A stretch of DNA of 49,589 nucleotides from Octopus bimaculoides. Lineage: Eukaryota. This document shows, one piece after another, positions 1 through 49,589 of this stretch; the stretch's first letter is position 1; each line of letters opens with the position of its first letter. The stretch lies in the NCBI RefSeq assembly GCF_001194135.2, contig NC_068982.1, positions 135,126,549 through 135,176,137 of the forward strand. Direction: 5' to 3'. The position numbers and the translations under genes are program-made. Below the pieces are notes generated by a model that saw nothing but the letters and a program-made list of their open reading frames with translations, did no database searches and was not told where the DNA came from.

Positions 1-268
1 TATATATGTATTTGTATGTATGTATGTATGCGCATGCGTGTGTTTACGTATGTATACATGTATGTATATGTATATGCGTATCTGTTTATTTTATTAGGTA
101 ATAGGCGTAGATGTATAGCTATGTGTTTGTGTATGAGTCTATTTATATTTTACATGTGTATATATAAATGGATACATATGTGTATATGGGGACATGCACA
201 CGTGTATATTTGTATATGCGTGGGTACGTATGTGCATATGTATAAATGTGGACATATGAGTGTATATA

Positions 269-312
<44 letters not shown>

Positions 313-339
313 AGTACACATATATATGTATATGTATAT
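1..339. repeat. Degenerate (TA/TG)n microsatellite field
   Basis: Low-complexity TATG/TACA/TA repeats flanking the first gap. Confidence 0.9.
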
Positions 340-1013
340 NNNNNNNNNNNNNNNNNNNNNNNNNNNNNNNNNNNNNNNNNNNNNNNNNNNNNNNNNNNNN
401 NNNNNNNNNNNNNNNNNNNNNNNNNNNNNNNNNNNNNNNNNNNNNNNNNNNNNNNNNNNNNNNNNNNNNNNNNNNNNNNNNNNNNNNNNNNNNNNNNNNN
501 NNNNNNNNNNNNNNNNNNNNNNNNNNNNNNNNNNNNNNNNNNNNNNNNNNNNNNNNNNNNNNNNNNNNNNNNNNNNNNNNNNNNNNNNNNNNNNNNNNNN
601 NNNNNNNNNNNNNNNNNNNNNNNNNNNNNNNNNNNNNNNNNNNNNNNNNNNNNNNNNNNNNNNNNNNNNNNNNNNNNNNNNNNNNNNNNNNNNNNNNNNN
701 NNNNNNNNNNNNNNNNNNNNNNNNNNNNNNNNNNNNNNNNNNNNNNNNNNNNNNNNNNNNNNNNNNNNNNNNNNNNNNNNNNNNNNNNNNNNNNNNNNNN
801 NNNNNNNNNNNNNNNNNNNNNNNNNNNNNNNNNNNNNNNNNNNNNNNNNNNNNNNNNNNNNNNNNNNNNNNNNNNNNNNNNNNNNNNNNNNNNNNNNNNN
901 NNNNNNNNNNNNNNNNNNNNNNNNNNNNNNNNNNNNNNNNNNNNNNNNNNNNNNNNNNNNNNNNNNNNNNNNNNNNNNNNNNNNNNNNNNNNNNNNNNNN
1001 NNNNNNNNNNNNN
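340..1013. other. Assembly gap (may hide the PDXK terminal exon)
   Basis: Run of N; no terminal-exon-like sequence in 1-339 or 1014-1270. Confidence 0.9.
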
Positions 1014-1105
1014 TATATATATGAAATTTTGAATTTAGTTCACAGACTCCCAGTACTACCTTTGCAGACCACCAGGGGTCTGCTGACCACAGGTTAGTAA
1101 CCACT
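1014..1105. mobile_element. Right end of a Charlie-like MITE (remainder in the gap)
   Basis: Ends GACCACAGGTTAGTAACCACTG, matching the CAGTGGTT-type TIR. Confidence 0.5.
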
Positions 1106-1270
1106 GCTTTAGATGCAGCTAATTTAATTAAAAATTAAGAAAAATATATATATGATTTAAGGAAAGATTAAAAATGATGTATTCATAGTCTCACTAAGGG
1201 GCGAACCCTGTTCTTTTAGTAATTCCTGATAAGGACAGCTTAATGAAAGGTTAGAATCAGTGAAACTCAC

Positions 1271-40659
<39,389 letters not shown>

Positions 40660-40920
40660 TGCACAGAAGACGGCAAGGGTAAAAAAAAACCCCTCAAATA
40701 ACTGTTATTGTACAACGACGGTTCGTTCGGTCGATACAAGGAGAACGGACGAATATCTTGTATTTATAAATAAGCTTTGGTGTGAATTGTTGCAGTTTAA
40801 GGTTGTAAGTCTGAAGAAGAATTAGTTGCAGTTTAAGGTTGTAAGTCTGAAGAAGAATTAGTTGCAATCCAGTAAAGGAATAATAAATGCTGCTTCAGCT
40901 CTCCGCCAACAGACGTCGTC
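40660..40920 (-). promoter_or_regulatory. Probable PDXK 5'UTR/proximal promoter (locally CpG-retaining)
   Basis: Directly upstream of the start codon; many CpGs relative to the CpG-poor introns; no good splice acceptor between it and the ATG. TSS not determinable. Confidence 0.45.
40789..40866. repeat. Perfect 36-bp tandem duplication upstream of PDXK
   Basis: GTTGCAGTTTAAGGTTGTAAGTCTGAAGAAGAATTA x2 plus GTTGCA. Confidence 0.95.
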
Positions 40921-42996
40921 AGAAACTGATTATTTGAATGGAAAAGGACAAGAATTTTTAAAGGAGGGGGAACTACTCTAGTGAACAAATTGCATAATCA
41001 ACTTATTTGTTTAGGATTGTTAGCGGGTCTCTCTATCATATAGTCACACATATACACACCCATATATACATCCATACTTATACACATATATATTAAGTAT
41101 TGAGCATATAAACAAAAGCAACAGGCTTTAAGGACATAAAAATAATCCATAAACTTTTCGAGTGGACAGAATTATCACAAGGCTGGTTACACATAAAAAC
41201 AAGAAATAAAAAGAAAAAACTCAAAATTTTTTTCTCTCACTCAATCATTGGTATTTTGTATTGCAGATCGGGCGATTTGTATCTATTCGAGTTAATACAG
41301 TTGTCTCGTTACTGGCATCTTCCTGTGCCGCTATCAAAGACATATCTTGGTGGCTCAATAAATGGTGCCTTTACGGTATCGTCCCACTTGCTAGAAACTG
41401 CAGCCAACTTTTCTCAAATCACACCTTATCCTACGATAAAAAAAAAAAAAGAAAAACGTATCGGATACTGTATTTCGTTTTATAAAAATAAGAAATAAAA
41501 ACGTGTATTTTTTTTTATCCTTTCGTGACTAAATGCAAAATTAGTTTGGCGTTCTACCCTTGACTTTATTTCGTATAAATTTCTCATAAATAGTTTGTGT
41601 TTTTTTTTTTTTCATNNNNNNNNNNNNNNNNNNNNNNNNNNNNNNNNNNNNNNNNNNNNNNNNNNNNNNNNNNNNNNNNNNNNNNNNNNNNNNNNNNNNN
41701 NNNNNNNNNNNNNNNNNNNNNNNNNNNNNNNNNNNNNNNNNNNNNNNNNNNNNNNNNNNNNNNNNNNNNNNNNNNNNNNNNNNNNNNNNNNNNNNNNNNN
41801 NNNNNNNNNNNNNNNNNNNNNNNNNNNNNNNNNNNNNNNNNNNNNNNNNNNNNNNNNNNNNNNNNNNNNNNNNNNNNNNNNNNNNNNNNNNNNNNNNNNN
41901 NNNNNNNNNNNNNNNNNNNNNNNNNNNNNNNNNNNNNNNNNNNNNNNNNNNNNNNNNNNNNNNNNNNNNNNNNNNNNNNNNNNNNNNNNNNNNNNNNNNN
42001 NNNNNNNNNNNNNNNNNNNNNNNNNNNNNNNNNNNNNNNNNNNNNNNNNNNNNNNNNNNNNNNNNNNNNNNNNNNNNNNNNNNNNNNNNNNNNNNNNNNN
42101 NNNNNNNNNNNNNNNNNNNNNNNNNNNNNNNNNNNNNNNNNNNNNNNNNNNNNNNNNNNNNNNNNNNNNNNNNNNNNNNNNNNNNNNNNNNNNNNNNNNN
42201 NNNNNNNNNNNNNNNNNNNNNNNNNNNNNNNNNNNNNNNNNNNNNNNNNNNNNNNNNNNNNNNNNNNNNNNNNNNNNNNNNNNNNNNNNAAACTTTTTTT
42301 AAAAACTTTTTTTCGAATTTATATATATATATATATCCATTTTACCGGAAGTTATGACGGAAAAATCGGATCTTATGAATTTTCCGAAAGTCTCCTCCCC
42401 ACCCCAGGGTCGTCAGCGCGCACTTTTTTCATATTCGTTTTCCACCCCCCACCCAGGCTGGTTAATTTTTTTTTTTTTGTTCCCGGGTGAGGATCTATAT
42501 ATTGACCGGAAAGTTTTCAGAGATACGTTTTCAAGGCTGTAGATTACGATTATATTGATACTCACTCTGAATTTGCTTCTTCGTAACTCTAAAATTCGTC
42601 TACTCTTTTACTTGTTTCAGTCATTAAATTATGGCTATACTGGTGCTCGACCTTGAAGGGTTTAACCGAACAGGTCCCCTCTAACCAATAATGTCCTTAA
42701 AGCCTGTTGCTTTTGTTAATATGCTCAATGTACAAACATCTCTTGCACAGTTTTCGTCTTCCAAGTTCATTTGCTGAATACAATTGTATAAGATGTTCGC
42801 AATGGAACTGAACCCGAAACCAAGTGGTTGCAAAACGACCTTCTTAATCACACAGCTATCCCTGTACCTAAAATATCGTGGGGAACGAACACAGGATCCA
42901 CCAACCCCTCAAAATTTTAGAGTCTCGCGCTCTACTGACTAAGCTAGCTGCAAATATTTTTAAATGACATTTTGCTTAAATACCTTTTCGAACGAG

Positions 42997-44985
42997 TTTT
43001 TCCTTTTTTACCAAAGCCTATTCCCCATAGGAGGGGGTAGCCACAACAAGACACATACCAGGCATTCCATTCATTTCCTAGCTCAAAGAGGCAAGCCCTA
43101 TCCTATGCTCGGGTCAAGGCATAGAAATCAACCCCCGATATCAGCAGCGGGGCCCGATAGTATATGCTGGGTTACCCCCGCCGCATCATACTGGTTCTGT
43201 ACCTCTTTGAGCAACATCAAATTCACTCATCCGTCCACAAACACTCTCCAAGCTTTCCTATCATTTATAAACTCTCTTGCCTCTCTCACTCCCAAACCTC
43301 TAACCACCACAGCTTTCCTCACTCCATCCATCCACACAAACTGAGGTCTGCCTCCGGTTCTGCTGCCTACCACTTCTGCCTTCAGCATCCTCCTTACCAT
43401 CCACTCCTCATCCATCCTTTCCATGTAGCCAAACAACCTCAACATTCGTCTATCCATCCTGGTACATTGATTTTCTCACATTCCTGCTCGCTTTCGCACC
43501 TCCTCATTTCTCATTCTGTCNNNNNNNNNNNNNNNNNNNNNNNNNNNNNNNNNNNNNNNNNNNNNNNNNNNNNNNNNNNNNNNNNNNNNNNNNNNNNNNN
43601 NNNNNNNNNNNNNNNNNNNNNNNNNNNNNNNNNNNNNNNNNNNNNNNNNNNNNNNNNNNNNNNNNNNNNNNNNNNNNNNNNNNNNNNNNNNNNNNNNNNN
43701 NNNNNNNNNNNNNNNNNNNNNNNNNNNNNNNNNNNNNNNNNNNNNNNNNNNNNNNNNNNNNNNNNNNNNNNNNNNNNNNNNNNNNNNNNNNNNNCAAGTA
43801 TCTTGCTCCTCTCCCTCACTCTATAATCCCACTTCCTCACCCAACCACCCCCAACCGCCGTCACATGTGATGCCAGATACATAAAAACACTCATCTCCTC
43901 TAACATCTCACCATTTATACTCACATCCATCCTACCAGCCATTCCATCTCTCGAACATCTCATCACCTTACTCTTAGCTACATTCACTTTCAGTTTCCTC
44001 CTCTCACACACTCTTCCAAACTCTACCACCAGTCTCCTCAGTTGCTCTTCTGAATCCGCCACAATAACTGACTTACCTGCCATTTCTCTCCATTTTCTCC
44101 CACCATTTGGGTTTCCCTACCAAAGGTTCTAGCGTTCACCTCTCTCACCACACCATCCTTATATAAATTAAATAGCCACGGAGACATCACACAACCCTGT
44201 CTTACCCCACCTTCGCATCAAACCACTCACTTACTTCACCATCCACCCTTACACACGCCCTACTTTCTCTATAGAAACTCTGTACAGCTCCCAACAATTC
44301 ACCATCTACTCCGAACAACCGTAACATCTGCTACATTGCATCCCTATCCACACGGTCATATGCCTTCTCTAGGTCCATAAAGGGCCTATACACTTCCCTC
44401 CCTTTTGCCAATAACTTCTCAGACATCTGCCTTACTACAAATATCTCATCTGCGCACCCCTTCCACTCCTAAAACCGCACTGCTCCTCTCCGAGTACACT
44501 CTCTTCTGGTTCCTCACCCTTACAAACAGAATTCTCCCATAGAGTTTACCAACCACATACAACAGACTTATACCCCTAAAATTTCTACTCACATTTATCG
44601 CCTTTCTCCTTGTACAGTGGCACTATGTAGGCACTGCACCAATCCTTTGGTGCCCTTCCAACCATATAACAAACATTCATAAACCTCACTAGCCATTCAG
44701 TCAATGTTACTCCTCCTTTCTTTAGGCATTCCCTCGTACACCCATCTACACCTGGCGCCTTTCGGTTTGCCATCTTCCGCGAGGATTCCCTCACCTCCTC
44801 CCTTCCAATTGCACCGTAGTTCCATTCCCCAACAACAGGCATTCTCCTCTCTCCTCCTACAGCCACTATACTTGCCTCCCTATCATCCTCCACATTTAAG
44901 AGCTCACTAAAATACTCAACCCAACTCCTTTGTACATCCTCGCTTCCTTTCAACAAATTTCCATTTACATCCTTCACTCTTCAAA
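42997..44985 (-). mobile_element. Degenerate RTE-clade LINE (linker, RT, C-terminus and 3'UTR), 5'-truncated
   Basis: ORF pieces 44585..44977 (KAPGVDG, PKDW, IVPLYKEKGDK), 43511..44083 (LKVNVAKSKVM, FMYLAS) and 43227..43457 (LFGYMERM..GRP..W..G); frameshifts; catalytic xADD missing. Confidence 0.9.
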
Positions 44986-45609
44986 CATAAATCTGAAGGC
45001 AAAAATGAAAAAGCCGGGAGGGAATGTTAAATTCACAGGAATACGTGATAATAAATTTGTGTAGGGAAAATGACTCGAAATCCTCTCAACTTTTTTCATT
45101 TGTATTTAATTTTTATCGACATAATTATAATATACACTCTGAAAACATATCTCTGTAAAATGATATTTTTCTGGGTTGGGGTGGGGGAACGCATATTTTT
45201 CAAAGCATTATGAAAAAATATATTCGAGGTGGGGCACAAAACTGTAGCTGTGTCATGCTAAATAACTCTATAGGCAATGTTATTTTGCATAATACAACTA
45301 CAGTTTGCAAGATACAATACAGTTTACTGCTGTGTGCTTCAAAGACATGAGTTCGTTAGCTTGTTTATACTGTCAAGTTCAGGTCCCTTGTTAATTTGGA
45401 ATTAATAATTGAGGAATGTACAGTTGAAAATGTAGAAATTTTAAAGACGTCACAAAAGTTATTATTAATTCTAATGATCAAATTGACATATACATAGCTT
45501 CTGTTCGACGGTCATCAGATAACATCTGAAATCTGCCTTTTTTTTCTTTTGCATATGTATATCTTAAACTATTTCTAGTTAATTCACCGACTCCACCCTT
45601 AATTTTCTT

Positions 45610-45837
45610 ATTTCTTTATTGCCCACAAGGGGCTAAACATAGAGGGGACAAACAAGGACAGACAAAGGGATTAAATCGATTACATGGACCCCAGTGCGTA
45701 ACTGGAACTTAATTTATCGACTCCGAAAGGATGAAAGGCAAAGTCGACCTCGGCGGAATTTGAACGTAGAACGTAGCGGCAGACGAAATACCGCTCAGCA
45801 TTTCGCCCGGTGTGTTAACGTTTCTGCCAGCTCGCCG
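45610..45837 (-). mobile_element. SINE family B copy with a ~13-bp TSD
   Basis: CCTTAATTTTCTT at 45597-45609 and 45838-45850. Confidence 0.85.
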
Positions 45838-46749
45838 CCTTAATTTTCTTTCCTTTAGAAAGATTATTATTAAGTGAGCGGACATTATTCTTAAACTGTA
45901 GAACAAAATACTTAGTGGAATTTTTTCCGGCTCTTTACGTTTTGAGTTCAAATCCCGCCGAGGTCAACTCTCTCATCCTTTCGGGGTCAATAAAATAAAA
46001 TAACAGCTAAGTACTAAAGTCGATATAATTGACTGACACCCTCCTTCCAGAATGGCTAGCTTTGTGCTAAAATTTGACACAGGAAGACAATGAGTTAGCA
46101 GGGTCGTTTGCGTGCCGGACAAAATGCTTAGCGACATTTCTTCTGGTTTTACGTTATGAGTTCAAACTCCACCGAAGCCGATTTTGCCTTTAATCCTCCC
46201 AGGGAACGATAAAATAAATACCAGTTGGACACTGGAGTCGATGTGATCGACTTACCGCAAAATTCCTGCAAATTTGTATCATGATTTGAAACCATTACTA
46301 AAAAGATTCGTACCATTTAAAATGGTCCTCAGGCCACAATTTGCCCATGACATCTATAGAGAATGGTATTTCTGGTGCGAAATTCTTAACCATTCGGCAA
46401 CACTGATTGGTTGCAACAACTCAATACGACAATTGTTGTTTAATCCTGTATCAGCTGCTAATCTTCTAAACCTATGACTAAAAACATTCCAGCCATGACC
46501 CTCCTATCTTTTTTTCGGACACTTTGTACCCTAGACTGCATAATTGAATCGTATTTTATGTTAAGACTGTGGATAAGGTGGTGAGTTGGCAGAATTGTTG
46601 GCATGCTGGGCAAAATTCTTAGCGGCATTTCGTCTATCTTTATGTTCTGAGTTCAAATTCTGACGAGGTCGACTTTGCCTTTCATCTTTTCGTAATCGAT
46701 AAATTAAGTACCAGTGGAACACTGGAGTCGATGAAATCGACTATCCCCC

Positions 46750-47270
46750 TTCAAATCGTGTGGTACCCATTTGTCGAGCTTTTCTGATTTTCCAATCGCA
46801 TGCAAATAGTTGCAGGCAGTCTTCTGACTAAGTTGAAGTTCTTTTGCAAGTTCTCGAGTGGTTTTACGTCGATTTTTCTCAATGACAGTCTTTAATTGAC
46901 CGTCATCGATGACAGATGGGCGTCCACTACGCTCACGATCTTCAAGGTTCAGGGTCTCCACTGCGAAATCGTTTAATGCATTTTCGAGCTGACCACTCAC
47001 TAGTCATTTCCTCACCAAACATTTTGTTGATATCGCGAGCAGTTCCAGCTGCTTTACATCCTTTGTAGAAGTTAAATAGCAAAATTGCTCGAATATCGCG
47101 CTTTGACAGTTCCATTTCAGATGATTGTAACAACGGTGATAAAAATATCAATGTTAATTTATTGATGCAATTGGGCAAGTGCAAGTCTGTATTATCAGAC
47201 AATTGCAAAAAATGTATTAAAAAAAATTTAAAACTGCAAAAATCCGGTACAAATTCTTCATTGATCAAAA
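46750..47270 (-). mobile_element. Second mariner 5' fragment, defective, truncated by a SINE
   Basis: ATG at 47115: MELSKRDIRAILLFNF...RFRSGD-(+1 frameshift ~46950)-LEDRERSGRP...KLDKWVPHDL (WVPHEL motif). Confidence 0.88.
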
Positions 47271-48658
47271 CGTTGGTTACTTTTTACTCAACTAGATACA
47301 TATTTGTAAATTAGTATCAAAATACATCACCTTCAGTTACCGACGTAGACAGCCAGGTCGTTAACATTTTTTCTTCTTTTATTTTCACAGTTATGTCCCT
47401 TCGGAGTATAATTTTACAGAATCGTTTGCCCATCGAATAAAACGCGCAGTGGTATTTCATCCGTCTTCACGTTCTGAATTCAAATTCCACCGAGGTCGAT
47501 TTTGTCTTTCATCCTTTCGGGGTCGATAAACTAATCAGAATACAACAAAACCCAAGTAGCTTAATGGACAGAGACAAACCTACAACAGTAACATAGTATA
47601 TAGGATTTATTTACCATAATTTAATATCATTGTCACCAGATTTAGTAACATGGATCAAATACTTCTGACAATATCAACAACAGGGTAACATTCTGCATAC
47701 TAAATACACTCACGATTGTGTCCCATATAGCTTGAGAAACTTGTGTTTATATATCCTTGCAATTAGTAGACAAAACTTATTCTGAAGATGAGAACCTACA
47801 ACAAGAACGAAATGTGTTTTAAAAATACTAAGGGACATAACTCTAACATCTTTAACGGCGATGCAGCTGGTTATTGACTTGGTGGTTATTTTGAGAAGAT
47901 ACAAGGTCAGTTTATGGTTGATGGGAGAGGTGCGCCGGCAATTGCGTCGATTTCTGAAATTAACGCTAGAGTGGTGGGCAGCAAAGTAAACACCACGATG
48001 ATGTAAATTCACATAATACACGACCGAAACTAAATACTATAATGTATTTAAAATTTGGAGCGCTATCGTTTCTGTTCCTTCACTACTTACCATTTCAATA
48101 AGGTCAACGGCATGGTGAAGTAGGAAGAGATGCTTACCACCACATCATCCTATCGGTCGAATTTGAGAAGGAGTTCTCAAATTTCCTCTAACTTATCAAA
48201 TTTGTTAATTAATTAAGAAAAGCAGCATGAATTAACAGATGGGGTGCTAAAAGTGTCTTTTGGCCGTCCCGCAAGAAAAATCCTTTTTCTAAGTTAAAGG
48301 GTGAAATAGAGAATGTCGAGCTAAAAATGNNNNNNNNNNNNNNNNNNNNNNNNNNNNNNNNNNNNNNNNNNNNNNNNNNNNNNNNNNNNNNNNNNNNNNN
48401 NNNNNNNNNNNNNNNNNNNNNNNNNNNNNNNNNNNNNNNNNNNNNNNNNNNNNNNNNNNNNNNNNNNNNNNNCGACCAGAAGTATGAAAAGGTAGAGCCG
48501 ACTTAAACCCGATTTGAACTCAAAACTTTAAAAGTAGTAATTATGCGTAGCGCATTATATTTCTATTTCAATTTCAGCCGTTTAGTCAGAAGAGAGATAA
48601 CAGAGTCCATATTCCTTTGGATGACTGATTGAATGAATATTTTCGTCTTCATGCACAC

Positions 48659-48790
48659 AGAGGCCTCGAGCACAACCCCCATGTCTGAGAGGCCTCGAGC
48701 ACAACCCCCATGTCTGAGAGGCCTCGAGCACAACCCCCATTCCTACTCACACATACTCGAGCACAAGCCCATTTCCTACTCACACACATG
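48659..48790. repeat. 29-bp minisatellite x3 plus two diverged units
   Basis: GAGGCCTCGAGCACAACCCCCATGTCTGA repeated. Confidence 0.9.
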
Positions 48791-49551
48791 CTGCACCTGT
48801 GTATTCCACCAGGGTCCCCTCTGTTCAGTGCTTAATGTTATGGCTTCATCAAATGCTTAGCTCAGCAGCATTACGTTCCGGGTTCAAATTCCGCCAAGGT
48901 CGACTTTGCCTTTCATTCTTTCGGGGTTGATGAAATAAGTACCAGTTATGCACTGGGCTCGATGTAATCGACTAACCCTCCTCCAACTTTTCAGGCCTTG
49001 TGCCTACAATCTTTGTCGTTGTCACTGCTCGTCTGTTTTCCGTCCATTCGACGCCTATAACTTTTGGTACGATCAACGGAAGAAATTATACTCAAATCGG
49101 GATCCTGTTTCGAATGCTTGCAGCAAAACTCCGTTAAAAGAACCCAAGGCCACGTCAGAAGCTGCCAAATAAACAAATACCACATTCCCACCAAAATATT
49201 AGTAGGTTGTTAGTATGTTATTTTTCTCACATTGAAATATTTTTATCAGTCAACACCAGGATTGATGTAGTCATGATGTGATGACGTATTCATGGCTGTT
49301 GAGAATAACAGATGGTGGCGATGATGATGATGTTGGTTGCAGTGGTGAAGATTAATGTGTTGGTGGTGGTTGTGGTTGCAAATGTGCATCTGACTGTGAA
49401 TTGGTATTTTCTCTTGCCAGGAATTAGGGACATAAAATGGCATTAAGGTTATCCAGTGACAGCCACAAGGAATAATAACCACTAGAACAGTAATTCCCAA
49501 CATTTTCACTACCAAGGACCATCGTTATTTAAATGTTTTTCCAAGGACCCT

Positions 49552-49589
<38 letters not shown>

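Noticed and set aside
16-1104. Long ORFs in the track (also 6045-7042, 8717-9442, 31930-32649, 41595-42490)
   Set aside because: They are open only because they run through N gaps and microsatellites.
46274-46480. Protein-like frames in unique sequence on either strand
   Set aside because: Short, stop-bounded, weak splice sites and no recognisable homology.

Overview
AT-rich, repeat-dense animal genomic DNA. The microsatellite, SINE and RTE landscape resembles octopod cephalopods (inference). Eight N-gaps: 340-1013, 6230-6961, 8912-9186, 31997-32628, 37036-37061, 41616-42289, 43521-43794, 48330-48472. The one confidently identified gene is a minus-strand pyridoxal kinase (PDXK). Nine GT-AG coding exons from 40659 down to 1271 splice into one open frame of 265 codons with the QS..GYVGN, SNHTG, CDPVMGD, PNQFE and GTGD motifs; the terminal exon is not visible. 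The introns contain two tRNA-derived SINE families, many 5'-truncated RTE 3' ends with (GAT)n tails (often as foldback pairs), RTE, Dong/R4 and mariner relics, several MITEs (hAT, Tc1/mariner, piggyBac-like, Helentron-like) and a complete 1.1-kb mini LTR retroelement with a 5-bp TSD and an in-frame gag/integrase fusion ORF. The most intriguing unexplained signal is a candidate two-exon antisense gene inside PDXK intron 1 (27816-28140). It would encode a signal-peptide-bearing small protein, but has an in-frame TGA at codon 6. Family names and human comparisons are from recall, not database searches, and most repeat boundaries are approximate.
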